A DNA stretch of 64,000 bases from Narcine bancroftii (lineage: Eukaryota): assembly GCF_036971445.1 (NCBI RefSeq), contig NC_091471.1, positions 289,106,001-289,170,000 of the forward strand. Direction: 5' to 3'. Below are positions 50,401-64,000 of this stretch, in pieces. Both the position numbers and the translations under genes were made by a program. Every line of letters begins with the position of its first letter. Position 1 is the first letter of the stretch. The notes beneath the pieces were generated by a model. That model saw only the letters and a list, made by a program, of their open reading frames with translations, was not told where the DNA came from and did not search any database.

Positions 50401-50975
50401 ATACCCCCCACCCCACCGCCAAACTATTTTAAACCCTCAGCAACAGCTCTGGCGAATGTGCTCACCAGGATATTGGTTCCCCTCCAGGACAAGTGCAGCC
50501 TTTTCCTTTTGTTTTGCCCCAGAAGAGATCCAAATGATCCAGAAATCTAAACCCCTGCCCCAGCTCCTGAGCCAGACATTCATCCTCCACAACTTCCTAT
50601 TTCTACCCTCACTAGCGTGTGGCACAGACAGCAATCCCGAGATTGCCACCCTTGAGGCTCAGCTTTTCAACTTCTTCCCTAACTCTATGTAAACCATTTT
50701 CAGGACCTCATCCCCACTTCCAACTATATCATTGGTCCCCACGTGGACCATGACTTCAGGGTGCTCACCCTCCCCTTTCAGAATGCTGTAGACTCGATCA
50801 GAGACATCCCTGACCCTGGCTTCTGGGAGGCAACAAACCAACTGGAATCCCCGATATCGTCCAGCAAACCTTCTATCTGCTCTCCTAACCAGCGAGTCCC
50901 CAACTACTATAGCCCTGCTCTTTCCTCCCTTCCCTTCTGAGCCAAGTGTCCAGTCTCTGTGCCAGAGACTCAATT
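47495..50975 (-). mobile_element. CR1 LINE, long degenerate copy (ORF1 SGNH-esterase part plus ORF2)
   Basis: IVVGDSLVR..VCCLPEARVRDV..VHVGTND (ORF1), ISETWL, KLADDTKVGG, WQMEFNTDKC and LRGDLIEVF. Confidence 0.9.
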
Positions 50976-51393
50976 TCCATGGCTCCAGGACTCACACCCA
51001 ATAGAAACTCTTCTGCCATCTCCTTCACACACGATTCCCAATTCCATTATTAACTTTCTCAATGAACTTCTTTCTTCTCACTTTCTCCACACGAATATCA
51101 GTCCCTCCCTGTTCCCCACGTATCCATCTGTCTTCCCTTATTGCCTCCGATTTTACCTCCTTGCTTTTTTTCTCTTTCCCTACCCCCCTCGTTTCCCGCC
51201 ACCCTCGTTCCCCACCCCTCCCGTTCCCTGTCCCTCCCGTTGCCCACACTCATCCCTTTCTGCGCTCATCCCTTCTCCCTCTTGCCACACCTGTCACTCT
51301 CCTGCATCTCTGACTTGCCCCACTCCCCTTCGCCTTCCCCTGCACCTCTCCAAGCCTTTTTCCCACTACATAAAAGAGAGTGTGAAGGTGATA

Positions 51394-52187
51394 GGCTCTT
51401 TTAAACTGCAGCACCTGGGCAGCCCTCCTGGGATAACTGGGACCAAGGTGCTGGAAGACCTCCACGAAGACACGGTGAGTGATGCATCCCACCCACCACC
51501 CCCATTAGTTTACCCACCATGAGTCACCACCCACCGTCAATCACCACACCCCGAGTCAGTTTCCCTACCTCCTGTCAGATGCCACCCACCCCGCGAGTCA
51601 CATACCCCACCCCGAGCAACATCCCGTTGATTACAGTGACCAGTAATGCGAACAGGAGCGGTGTTCGCAGCAGCGGCAGTTCACGCCCCCCCCCCCACTC
51701 TCTCGCCCCCCCCCGCAACAGTGATCCCTCTCCTCGCTTCTCTCCCCCACCACGACAGTGACCTCTCTCCTCTCCCCCACAGTGGCCCCTCTGCTCTTAC
51801 CCCTCCCCCACATTGCAGAGACCTTCCCCTCCTCATCCCTCACGGCAGTGACCCCTCTCTATTCCACCCCCCCCCCGCCCCCGCGGCAGTGACCCCTCTC
51901 TCCCCCACCCCCTGGCATCGCGGTATCAAACCCCTCCACCCCGATCGCAACAGGCTCTTCAGCCAGGGGTTTCCCAGTGACGTCATCCCACAGGAGTAAC
52001 CGGGTCGACCCCCATTTCGCTGTTCAAGCCGCTGGTGGACGCGACCTCGGTAAGTTGAACTGGGTTTCCTGACTCCCTCCGAGGGAGTTGGATGAGGCCC
52101 ACGCTGACCGGGGCGGACCCTTTCAAGCTGCCACGTGAGGGAGGCGCTCACCGGGCAACCCATTGGACATGGCAGCTTGCAAGGGCC
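51394..52187. mobile_element. Possible PIF/Harbinger-like non-autonomous element with a C-rich internal repeat
   Basis: Imperfect inverted ends GGCTCTTTTAAACTGC / GCAGCTTGCAAGGGCC and repeated CAGTGAYCCCTCTC motifs. No clean TSD. Confidence 0.35.
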
Positions 52188-54809
52188 AATTGTGTGGGGG
52201 AATGTTGCAAGAGCGTCTGGGGGTTGCAACTCCCCAAACACTCGCCCTGTCAAAGAGCGCCCTCATCTGGTCGAGGAGCTCAACTGCTGGAGAAACTCAG
52301 GAGGCCCCTCAGCATCGAGAGGAGCTTCGGGCAATCAACACCTTTCAGGCCTGAGCCCTTTGACCTGACACTTTTGGATATTGCTCCTGAGCCACACATT
52401 CATCCTCCACAACTTCCTATTTCTACCCTCACTAGCGTGTGGCACACGCAACAGACCCCACCATCTGCAGATTATACTCAATGCTCCATTTCTGAGTGTT
52501 CCCACGCTGCCGATTCTGGAAAACTGGAGAAGTGCACAAAATGCTGGAGGATCTCAGCGGGTCCATGGAAGGCAATCGACCGTCCACGCTGTGGGCCGAA
52601 ACCCAGCTGTACCATGGAAGGGTTTCCAGCCGAGGAATTGGCTGCCAGTGGATGCTCCCTGACCCACCTCTCACCTTTTGAATTTTGCACCCATTCACTG
52701 GGTTGAGACTGGCCCCAGGGTTTGGATTCCCACATCTCAAGCAATGCAGCATTGGGCTCCACTGCAGTCTCCTGGGAAAGAAAAGATGGTCACCAAATAC
52801 AGACAATCCTCTACTTATGATAAGTGGAAAATCGTGTCGAAAAATACTCGACCTACCTATCATAGCCTAGGTTAAATGTGCTCAAATCACTTACCATAGC
52901 ATACACCTGGGCAAATTTATCTTAAAATAAGCCTATTTATCATTAAATGTTGAATACCTTTTATTCTAAACTGAAAAAAAACCCACAATTTTCAATCATA
53001 AAATATAGTGCCAGCCAAAGCATCCATCAGCTGTTGAGCGATAACCCACAATGACAGTTAAACCAACAGCACCATCCGGCAAATTGTGAAATAACAGAAT
53101 CGAGTGACACGACGTAGAGGTACAGTATTTTCATTAGAACGTGTATGGTTATCGGATCATCTTAACTTTGAAAAAATTGTAAGTTGAGCCACCAGCCAAT
53201 CCCCAAATTGCCTTTACATATACGTGATATCTCTCTGCCCCCTGGAGGTCAGGTCATGCATGTAGGTATAAGAGCATTCCTCATTGGGGCTAATTTTACA
53301 CAGGAAAACAACTTCAGTAGTTAAAATTACCCCCCCCCCCACCCAACCCAAAAGCTACACCACTGACTGAAATAAATCCAGTCAATCCTTACTTGGCAGA
53401 TCTGGTCGAAGCATCAGTCCTTCAGCCAACTATTGGCGTAGTGGCAGAAGTTTTGATCTCCTGGACCTTCGTTTGGGATCCTTTCAACGAAACTCCCCAA
53501 GGGAGGCATCTGAGGCCGGACTTGGTGGTGCTGAATGGACGCCGCGAGGTGGCTGGGTTGTGCAGGCAGCCACTGGGCAAGTGGGGGGGCGGGGGGAAAT
53601 GGGTGGTACTAATGAGCCACACTCTAGTTCTGGAGAGCAGGGCTGCAGCAGCAATGAAGATGCCCATGGTTCTCATGGTGAGCACTGACCACCTACATCC
53701 ATATCCAAGTTCAAGGACAATGCAGGGCATCTCTCTGCACAATCAACCACACATCCACTGATTAAAACTCCATCAGACTGGTACGTGCATGTTGGCTGGG
53801 AGAAGTTTGGGGGAGGGATGATACGTATGTTAGAGGGAAAATCAGCCTAATGCTGGGGTGAGGGAGTTAACATGTAATGCTTGTGACTTATGTACCCATC
53901 CTGGGTCTGGCAGTGAGGGAGACGAGGGTGATGTGAGAGGGGATTTAGCCCAAAATCATCAATGGGTCTCAACCCAAAGTTCTGCTTCCACAGAATGGCT
54001 GAGGGGAGAGTTTGGAGGCATGGCATCAAGAGCTCTGGTGTGTGATAAAACGAGGGGAGTGATCAGAATCTGGCATTGGGAGCTTTGGTGTGCGGTAGGC
54101 CAAGGGGAGAGTTCAGAGTCAGGGCATCGAGAGCTTCGGTGTGCGATAGAATGAGAGGAGGTTCAGAGTAGGGCTTTGGGAGCATCAGCTTACAGTAGGC
54201 TGAGGGGACGGTTTGGGTTCTGATGTTGGGAGCTTCATGTACAGTAGGCCGATTTTAATTTTGATTTTAAATATAAATAACAATTATTTACTTGCTTTAA
54301 ACCTGTATTATCTTTAAATTCCTTATGCTTTGATGTTAAATATGAAATAAAAATGTATAATGAATTTAAAATTATTTGGTATGCATCATGGTTTTGCACA
54401 CATTAAATTCCTTTGTGCACCTGTTGTGAAATGTGTGTGCACACATTCATGCACAACTTTGAGGGAAAAGTGGTCATGGCACCATTTTTATGTGCTCACT
54501 CCCCTTAATGTCATAACTGATTATGCCCCTGATCACATAGGTACAATTTTCTCAATAATAATTTCACATCTATGCTTATGCCAGCCATCAGCTGCTCTTT
54601 GGCTTGTGGACTGAAACTGGAACATTGGTGGGAAATTCAACTGGTCACAAGTAGACGATATGAACTCCACTCACACAGAACAGAAGATCACGAACAAAGC
54701 CAGGCCTTTGGAGCAGAGAACTGAATCCCAATGCCATTCCTTTTGTGTTACCCAAGTACCATTCTTCCTTTCCTTGTTCTGGTGCAGCATACGAAGCAGA
54801 TGGGTACAA

Positions 54810-55110
54810 CAGCTAGGCAGCAGGATAGCATAATGGTTAGCATAATGCCATTACAGTGCCAGTGGCACAGGTTCAAGTTCCCTGGTATGTGCGCAAGGAT
54901 TTTGTACAATCTCCCCATAAGAATGGTAATAGGGAAATACATGTGGAATGACATTGGGATGCATCAGGTAGCTTGGGTTTCCTCCAAGTGATCCGATTTC
55001 CTCCATGTACTGAACATGTATGGGGTTAGGTGGTTAAATTGTCTCATGGGTGTATTTGGGTGGCTTGGATTTATTGGGCTGGAAGGGTCTGTAACATGCT
55101 GTGTCTCTTT
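54810..55110 (+). mobile_element. Degenerate tRNA-derived SINE
   Basis: A-box-like TAGCATAATGGTTAGC and B-box-like GGTTCAAGTTCC, followed by a SINE-type body. Confidence 0.55.
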
Positions 55111-56216
55111 AAAACAATGGCTCAGGAACCCCAGGCAGTTTTACCACTGCTGGGTTAATTTTGTTCTGCACTATGTGGACCCCAGGCATCTGCAGTCCAA
55201 ACAAAAGTGTAAGCAAATGAATGGAGAGAAAGCTGAGAGAGAATTGACAGCAGATTCACTCCACCCTACTTTGGGGCAAACTGTCAAAGAATAATCTCAA
55301 GTGCTGTGCAGATAATGAAATCCAGAGTACAAACAAAGTGTCAGAAGTCTGAAACTCACTTTAAGCAGAGCCTGGATGGGAGGGGAAAGAGCTTCATTGC
55401 AAAACACATTTAGCTGCACCATTCAAACCCATGCGCTCCTCCGTGTCAAAGGATAAGATTGACCAGCCAATGGGAATAACTCCAGCAACAAGTGTCCCTC
55501 AAGTCACATACTATTGTTAAGTCCTAGACCAGCAACAATGGAAATTCATCAAGATAATGGTATTTACAAAACAATATTTTTATTAATAATTATTAATAAT
55601 ATAAAATCTTCCTTAATTCTTAACTTAATCCCACTATGCATAAATGTGTGTGTGTGTGTGTGTGTGGCAAAACATAAACCAATGTAGCTCAGACATAATT
55701 CTGAAGAGAAGATTTTAAAGTTAAATCTCAAAAGTCTTTTGTGTTGAAACTCACTCTTTAAAACTGCCATTCAAAATTTCTCAGACTCACAAATTCTTTG
55801 TAGACTTACTTTCAGAGGGACATTTCTGCATACTTGTGACTTTTTTCACAAATCTCCCTCTCTTCCATGGAGGTTTGGAATCTGTGTTTCACATGATGAT
55901 TTCACAAACCAAGGCATGAGTTGAATGAAGTGACCATTCCAAATGGTCATGTAAAGGTGCCCTCTCCTGACAGAGACAGTGAAGTGGCCCTTTCTTTCAA
56001 AGCCTCTGATTCTATGTTCCTTCCCTATCACAGGGAGAACACACAACAGTACTTCACTCATTGACGTTATTGCAACCTTGACTCTTCAGATGAAATTTGT
56101 GCAACATTACAGATGCCTTTTTGGAGGTCAAAATCACACGACATGACATTACTGCTGGTTCAGTTTCAAGTCTCATCTCTTCCAAAAGTATGAGTTGATG
56201 GTTCTGATTTGTCCTC

Positions 56217-56579
56217 TGTTAGGTCTGCTTTGTTCATGAATGAGTGAGACAAACACCAGACTGAGTCGAAATCAGGGTTCTTTGTTCTTTATTACCGGAT
56301 TGTAACACTTGCAACTAACAATGTTAGTCGGAGAATGCATTCTGCCGTTATCAGCAAAATGGTGATTTTTTATACCCTTGGATACGTGCTTAGAACATCA
56401 TCATATCATTACTTGTCCAATGACTAAAACTGTTGCTATCCTTTCCCTGCTAGCTTCCTGCCTCTCAATCCATCAATGTCTCTCTTATCTTGTAAGTACA
56501 AGGATGCATTCACATCTTGTTACAGCCCTGCACAGGGTAACTCCTTACACATTCCCATCTCATGATGTTTTACCTTACA
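56217..56579 (-). mobile_element. Solo LTR with 4-bp TSD
   Basis: TGTTAGG...CCTTACA inverted termini. TSD CCTC at 56213-56216 and 56580-56583. AATAAA on the minus strand at ~56288. Confidence 0.8.
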
Positions 56580-57414
56580 CCTCTCAGGTCACAAGCAGAT
56601 GGCTTTTTCTGTGCACACAGATTATTGAAGCAAAAACCATCTGGTTTGAACATATGCCATCTTTCAACAAACACCATTATCTTTAATTTCAATGAAGAAT
56701 CACTTCTGACATATATGGTTGTTTATACAGCTTCCACAGAACAATGAATTAATAGATATTTCATCTCTGAAAGACATGCCATCTGCCATGTTAAAGTGTT
56801 TTGTGGGTCTACCCCTTGCTTCCAAACCCACAAAGTAACATTACTAAAATAATATATTTTATAATTAATGCTTAATAACAACACAATTCTGTCACACTAT
56901 ACAGACCTGAAAACATGTCTGCCCTTTATCAACACTGGGTGTAGCTACTGGAACTTCCACTCTAATAACATGGTGGCAATATGTTCAGAATGCCAACCAT
57001 GAAGGGTAGAGTCAGCTGACCCAGTGGCAACTTCTGACCAATTAAAGAGTGGCAATAAATAGTGGTCTTAACACCTACTTGTGAAAGGTGCTTACATTCT
57101 CCAGAGAACCTGCAATGTCAATTCTTCAGCCTTTCAAATAAGATCTGTTTTAAAATGTGTGTATGTATGTGACCTACTCTAAATCTTATAAATTCTCCCC
57201 AAATATTAATATCGTTATACAGGACACTTTAGGGCTGACCTTTATACCTAAAATTCTTATCGTCCTTTGCTCATGTGCGCCCCATCTCTATGAACCCACA
57301 CTCTTCTTTGACATTCCCTCTTTGAATTCTCCCATCACTGATTACCTTGTCTACAACTATCCAAACCTCACGAGTTGCATTCCCTCCCCAGGGTTTTTTC
57401 TCTCCACATAGCTC

Positions 57415-58740
57415 TCTGTGTTTTATTTTAAACTTTTTATTTCTTGCACCATGAATCCTATCAGTAACAACATTCACAAAAGATCATCGCTAATATATAC
57501 GCAGTGAAATTTCCTCTTTTCCCCCCTTCCCCCCTTTCATCCCTCCCCATCCCCACCCCCTTCAAAAACCAACAAATAATAAAACACATAAAACAAAGAA
57601 ATAACAAAAAGCAATGAAGTCGTATCGTTCACTTTGACACATTTAAATCTCATCGTGCTCTTAAGCATATCGATTTAAGAGATGGAGGCTTGTGGTTGGC
57701 ATTCTCTAACATATTGTATGTATGATTCCCAAATTTGTTCAAATAATGTATATTTGTCTTTCAGATGGTATGTAATTTTTTCTAATGCAATACACTTGTT
57801 CATTTCTCTTTACCACTATTGTATTTTAAGGCTTGCTTCCATTTCCCAAGTTGTCATAACACACTTTTTCGCTGCTGCTCGCTCTATCATCATAAATCTA
57901 TTAATTTTTGAAGAGTAATATATTATCTATGTAGCCAGTTATATTGTATCATACCTAAGCTAGTATTTCTCATGTTCCTCATTGTTCCTGGACCTAACTC
58001 CTCCCATGTTTCGTTCTTTATCTCAAAGTTTAAATCTTTTTCCCAACTTTGTTTCGGTTTATACCTTTTTTAATCCTCTTCCTTATATTGCAGTTTGATG
58101 TACATGTTGGTTATAATTTTTTTAATTCTCATTGTGTCTGTGATCCATAGCTGCTACTTTCTGGTAATCTCAAGCTGTCTCCCAGTTTATCTTTTCAAAA
58201 AGTTTTCAACTGGCCATATGCAAACATTGTACCATATTTATCTTTTAGTTGCTCAAATGTTAATAAATTATTTCCCAAAAACCAATCTTCTATTTTCTGG
58301 ATTCCTTTTCAAGCTCATTCCTAGAAAGATAAATTATCTATTGGAAAGGGATTTAAATGGTTTTGTTTCAATAACATTTTTGGTATGCGATAATTTCTTT
58401 TTTATTCCAGGTGTATTCTTTGCCATAATTTAAGAATGTGATGTAATACTTGTGAATTGTTGTGTTGGGCCAATTTTTCATCACATTTATAAAGTACATG
58501 TTCCGGGATATTTTCTCCCAATTTATCTAATCCTATCTTAGTCCAATTCAGTTTTTGTCCTCTCTGATATAATTCTTAACTGCTATATCATTCTGATATA
58601 ATTCCTTAACTGCGCTGCCCTGCAGTAATTTTTGAAGTTTGGAAGCTGCAGTCCCCCTTGTTAATATCTCCGTTAATTTTTCTTACCCTTCCATAAAAAT
58701 ATTCCTTAACATTTTCTTCAGTTTTTCTTTTAGTTTGTCC
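57415..58740 (-). mobile_element. L1-like LINE 3' part, degenerate
   Basis: GGLQLPNFKNYCRA and LGMIQYNWLHR motifs, homologous to 2200-3450. Confidence 0.8.
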
Positions 58741-59635
58741 TTGAATTTTCCTGTTTCACCTTCTATAATGAGGCCCTGATGTTTTAATTCTATTTTACTT
58801 TCAAATAATGAAGGTTGCTAAATGAAGCAGCAACAAGCTCAAAGCAATTTAAACCCTTACACATACAGCCATATTGAAGCACACAGCTATTTTAACAATG
58901 CATTAATGGGAAAAGTTTCCCCCCAAAAAAGCAGGAGCACCGAACTACTGCTGTTACTTCATGCCATAGCCAACCAGAAGTCCTGCTGACTTCTGATTGC
59001 ATCATTTCAGGTATTCAAATGGGTTTATACACCCTCACCCTATCAAGTAAACCACATATCCACGTTATGAGCCACCTGTAGTTTCCGCACAAACTCAAAC
59101 GACAACTTGAAATGTAGGTAATGCTCCTAAAGTTGATTTCTGATGATTGTAATGGCCTTGGAGAGTAAATTTGAATGTTTAAAATATGTCTTGGAAACAG
59201 GAAAATAACTAAAATCCCCTGAAGCACAAAGAAAATCAAAATATATTCTTCAGAAAATCACAACAACTGACTTTTATTAAGGAAAATTTGTTAAGTTCGA
59301 CTGAAAATTAATAAAAGATGAAGTTTGCTTCTCTGTGATACCTCAGTGATTTTGGGTGTATGCATCCTCAAAGCATGACTTTTGAATTGCAATCCAAACT
59401 GTTTCCACGCATAATCTTCATTTGAGGGAATATTACAATATTATGTATTTGGCAGTACCTCTTAATTTAAAAGGAACTGACAATAATTTCATGAACAGAA
59501 AAAAGAATTCAGTTGACAAACTTCTGCATATGAGGCAACAGTTACGACTAACTTGCATGTTTCCACTACCTTTGGAGCCTCGGGTAATGACAGAACCAAT
59601 GAAGTATTTCTAGAATATAGTAACTAGTTGAGTAC

Positions 59636-60510
59636 GCAGGCATCAGCAAACAAGCTGAAGATGCAGCGTGAAATGAACTGCTTCTCACAAGCCTGCGACA
59701 AATTTGGTCTCACGATCAGCAACAAAAAAAACCAAAGTTATGTATCAGCCTGTCCCAGGAAGGCCATACCAGGAGTCGTGAATCACGGAGAAGGGCCGTA
59801 ACCTCCAGGCAGTCGACAACTTCACCCACCTGGGCAGCATACTCTCTCGTGCAGTGAACATAGACACTGAGGTCAACAACAGGATTGCCAAAACCAGCAG
59901 CACCTTTGTAAGACTCTGTGAGAACGTCTGGGAGCGGGGAGGTCTCAGCCTTACCACCAAGCTGAAGGTCTACTGTGCAGTGGTCCTTACCACTCTCCTT
60001 TACGCCAGCAAGATCTGGACTGTCTACAGCAACACGCAAAACAGCTCAACCACTTTCACCTGAGCTGTCTCTCCAGTCTCCTCCACATCAGGTGGCAGGA
60101 CAAAGTCCCCGACATGGAAACCCTGGAACGAGCTGGGCTCTGCAGCATCTACACCTTTCTGCTGAAAACCCAAGCCAGGTGGACTGGACATGTTGTCAGA
60201 ATGCCAGACAGCCGATTCCCTAAGCAGCTGCTTTATGGAGAACTGTGTCAGGGCAAGCGCTCAGTCGGGGGGCAGAAGAAACATTACAGAGACTACCTCA
60301 AAGCATCCTTCAAAGGCCTGGGTGTTGACATCAACATGTGGGAGCCCTTGCCCTTGGTGCAGAAGATCACCACAGGAGTCCGTGCAACCAAAGTCAGGCG
60401 CATCACCGAGGAGCAACGAAAGCATGCTATGCGCTAGTCCCAACCACTGCCACGACAGGACCCACCCACTTGTGTCCCAAATGTGGGCGAGCCTTCAGAT
60501 CCCGATTTGG
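59636..60510 (+). mobile_element. RTE-clade LINE 3' fragment
   Basis: FGLTIS.KKT, FTHLGS, TKLKVY, RWTGHVVRM, PKQLLYGEL and CPKCGRAF. Confidence 0.88.
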
Positions 60511-60539
60511 TTCTGTCTCATTTCGGTATCATTTTAGAT

Positions 60540-63500
60540 ATAACTATAAAACAATAACAGTATGGAACAGGCCATCTCGACCCCTCTGGTCCGCACTGAT
60601 TCAAGTGATCTCCTCTACTCCCACCTACCTGCTCCCTGTCCATAACCCTCCAATCTCCTCACATCCATGCACTTATCCAACCTTCTCTTAAATGACAACT
60701 TTGACCCTGCTGCAACCACCTCTTCCAGAGGATCATTCCACTCAGCCACCACTCTCCGAGTGAAGAAACTCCCTCTCACGTTACTTCTAATCTTTTGCCC
60801 CCTAACACTTAAATTATGATCTCTCATTCCAATCTCACCTACCCTCAAGGGGAAGAGCCTATTCACATTTACTCTATCTATCTATCCCCCCTATAATTTA
60901 AAATACCTCTATCAAATCTCCCCCCCAACTTTCTATGCTCCAATTAATAAAGACCCAGTCTACTCAATCATTCTTTGTATTCTAGATTCTGCAATCCAGG
61001 CAACATTTTAGTAAATCATCTCTGCTCCCTCTCTACCTTATTGATATCCTTCACACTTATCGATATTAAACTCCATCTGCCATCTTTCAGCCCACTCTTC
61101 TTTTTTTTTCTTTTTATGTGTTCAGTTTTGTTTTTTAATAAGGATTTTATGAAAAGAGGCATACATGAAGAAAATAAAAATGAGGGAATTTATCTTCTGA
61201 CCTATATTACACTACTTAAAACACAGAAAGCTCTGTGGGTCTACAACAATACAAATTGTATAAAATAATGTGTTTGTCTTTCCACTGATGCAGGAAATTA
61301 CAGCTTTTAATTGAGAAATACCAGTTTCAACTAAATCAAAACAATGAAATGAATAATTTACTTTATTGCAAATCTTTAAATCAGGACCCAAACACAAACA
61401 GATAGAATAAAAATATAGTTCATTAAAATGGATTTTTTTGGATTTAGAAATCTTGTTTGTTCAAGTAGTCATACTGTCAGACACTTCAGTAAAGACAATC
61501 AAGTTCCGATTGTTCTGTATAAACTGGTCATTTTTATGAAGAAGGTGAACACGGATGCAAAATATTCTACAAGGGTTTTCAAAACTGCTGCGGAGAGTAA
61601 CTTGCTGTGTTAGAAGCACAGATGATTCATGGATCTGGAAATCACATGGGGAGCAAGAGCGCTCAGTAATGGCCTCCAGTCTGCTGCTGGAATACATCAA
61701 TTGTGTCCTCATCTTCCATCTCCAACTGTGCAGGTGTGTCTGTTTCATTAATTGGCTGTCCATCAAATGAGAATCTGCTCTGTCGAATTGCCAAGCCCTG
61801 GCGTTCACAATATGCTTTCATCAGTTTGCTTAGAGGTGTATGCTTTTTGATGTTGAACCGCACAACTGAACCATCTTGGCCTGCCACCTTCAGGTTAATG
61901 TGGTCATTTTCTGATTTCAGCTCATCCTTGGGCTTCTCGTCCGCCATTGTGACTTCTCGCCCACATCTCTCCAGCACCTTTCAGTCCACTCTTCTAAGCA
62001 GTCCATATCCTTCTGCAGACCCTGAAAACCATCTTCACTATCCATGTCCCCTTATTTTTATTTTGTCCACATATTTACTAACAATTTACCACTCCAAAAT
62101 CCAAATCATTAATGTAAATGACAAACAACAAGGGAACAAAACCAATCCCTGAGGCACACTGCCCGTCACTGGACTCCATCCTGACAGACAGTTAACCACC
62201 ATGACTGTCTGGCATATACCTTCTAGCCACCGTTGAACCCATCTGACTATCTCAACATTAATACCTTACTGAAATCCATAGAGGCAACATCGACTGCTCT
62301 TCCCTTATCAACCTTCGAGTCAGCTCCTCAAAAAATTCAACAAGATTTGTCAAACATGACCTTGCCTGCACAATCCCATGTTGGGTGTCCCTGATCAGTC
62401 CCTGTGCCTCAAGATACTTATGTATATAGTCTCTAAGAATACTTTCCACAAACCACCGACATCAAACTTACTGGCCTATAATTGCTGGGCCTATACCTGG
62501 AGCCATTTTTAAACACATTTGCGACACACCAATCCTGTGGCACCATGCCATGTACCTCTCTAGTCATTGTTGAAAAATCACTGTCAGAGCCTCTGCTCTT
62601 TCCTCCGACTTCCCTCAAGGTCCTGGGGAAAATCCTGTTGGGACCCAGAGTCTTATCCACCTTTATATGCCTCGAAAGTTCCATTACCCCCTCTTTTCTA
62701 ATCCCTACATTTTCCATAATCACCCCTTTTGCTTCTCTTAACCTACACGATTCCATATCCTTTTCCCTAGTGAATACCGAAGAGAAGAACTGATTCAATA
62801 TCTCCCCCATCTCATTCAGCTCCGCACACATTTGTCTGCTCTGATTCTCTAGGGACCAATATTATCTTTCACTCTCCTTTTGCTATTTTCATATTTGTAA
62901 AAGCCCTTCAGATTTACTTTCACCCTGTTCGCTATAGCCACCTCGTTCCTTCTTTACGCTTTCCTAATTTTTTTTCTTCAGCTTCTTTTCACAATCCATG
63001 TATTTTCGAAGCATCTTGTCCATACCTTGTTCCTGTATTTAATGTAAGCCTTTTATTTCGGACCAATTTTCTAATCTCCCTTGAAAAACATGGCTCTCTC
63101 GAACTTTGCCCCTGCCTTTTATCCTGACAGGAACATAAAAATTTTGCACCCTCAAAACCTCAACTTTAAATGCCCTCCAATTCTCCTCTACCTCCTTCCT
63201 AAAACAAATCAGTCCAAACCACTCCTTGCAAATCCTTTCTCATTTCATCAAATCTGGCTTTCCCCCACTCAAAAACCTTAATCTTCAGACCAGACCTATC
63301 CCATTCCATAATTATATTGAAACTAATGGTACTATGATCACTGGATCCAAAGTGCTCCCCAACACACACCTCAGTCACCTGCCCTATCTCATTCCCCAAC
63401 AGTAGATCCAAAACTGCCCCTTCTCTAGTAGGTACCTCAACGTATTGCTGCCAAAAACTATCCTGCACACATTTTACAAATTCTAATCCATCCAGCACCT

Positions 63501-64000
63501 TCACAGAAAGTGTTGCCCAATTTATATCAGAAAAATTAAAATCCCCCACTAACACATTCCTGTGTTTATTACAAATCTCAGCTACTTCCTTACACATTTG
63601 AAGCTCAATTTCTTGCTCCTCACTAGGTGGTCTATTAAACACCCCTATAACTGTAACCTCTCCTTTTCAATTTTTTAATTCCACCACATTGCCCCCCTTG
63701 ACAAGCCCTCCACTCTATCTCACATCAGCACTGCTGTAATATTTTCCCTGACAAGCAATAGCACAACCCCCACCTGACCCTTCCAATTCTATCATACCTA
63801 AAGCAGTGAAATCCCAGAATATTTAGCTGCAAGTCATAACCCTCATGCAACCACATCTCACTAATCACCACCACGTCATACTACCAAGTGTCTATCCACA
63901 CCTTTAGCTCATTCACCTTACTTACAACACACCTAGCATTTAAGTAAATGCATTTCAATGATTTCCCACAACTTACCTTCCACTTGTTCCCATCTTTACG
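60540..64000 (-). mobile_element. CR1 LINE ORF2, degenerate, interrupted by the SUMO retrocopy
   Basis: VGDFNFSDINW, LDLLL, SDHSTI, NYRPVSL, QHGIV..SCLTNL and FFTRRVVAEWN. Confidence 0.9.
61663..61947 (-). pseudogene. SUMO2: Processed (intronless) SUMO2/3 retrocopy with an intact 94-aa ORF; the retrocopy spans 61102-61974
   Basis: [27 protein letters not shown]...[11 protein letters not shown], with no introns. The 3' UTR ends in a poly-A remnant (T-run 61101-61115). 21-bp TSD CA(T/C)CTTTCAG(C/T)CCACTCTTCT at 61081-61101 and 61975-61995. SUMO2 vs SUMO3 parentage is not certain. Confidence 0.88.

Noticed and set aside
50036-52900. Many Pro/Ser-rich ORFs of 100-218 aa
   Set aside because: They are antisense frames of CR1 and low-complexity C-rich repeat sequence with no recognisable domain.
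61948-61977. N-terminal extension [10 protein letters not shown] on SUMO
   Set aside because: It begins at a non-ATG codon in the 5' UTR/TSD. The true start is ATG 61947.

Overview
Repeat-dense vertebrate DNA, very likely from a cartilaginous fish (shark, ray or skate), inferred from the germline-joined Ig light-chain cluster gene and the mix of repeats. It holds one apparently intact host gene: an immunoglobulin light chain (octamer and TATA promoter, leader exon 42911-42956, pre-joined V-J exon 43061-43417, C exon 45486-45808; 241 aa) whose V domain looks sigma-type. An intronless SUMO2/3 retrocopy with TSDs lies at 61102-61974 (ORF 61663-61947, minus strand). A degenerate tRNA-Thr(TGT) copy sits about 600 bp upstream of the IgL promoter. 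The rest is nested or fragmented L1/Tx1, RTE, CR1, Penelope, Gypsy/solo LTR, SINE and hAT elements. Two structural features stand out. One is an ~8-10 kb inverted segmental duplication (about 9.65-17.85 kb vs 31.1-41.15 kb) with a third, older partial copy and templated insertions. The other is a hAT element with a perfect 8-bp TSD whose interior is replaced by ~1.4 kb of CpG-rich, exon-like cargo (Pack-type element). Family assignments and identity estimates are by eye and from recalled motifs; no database searches were run.
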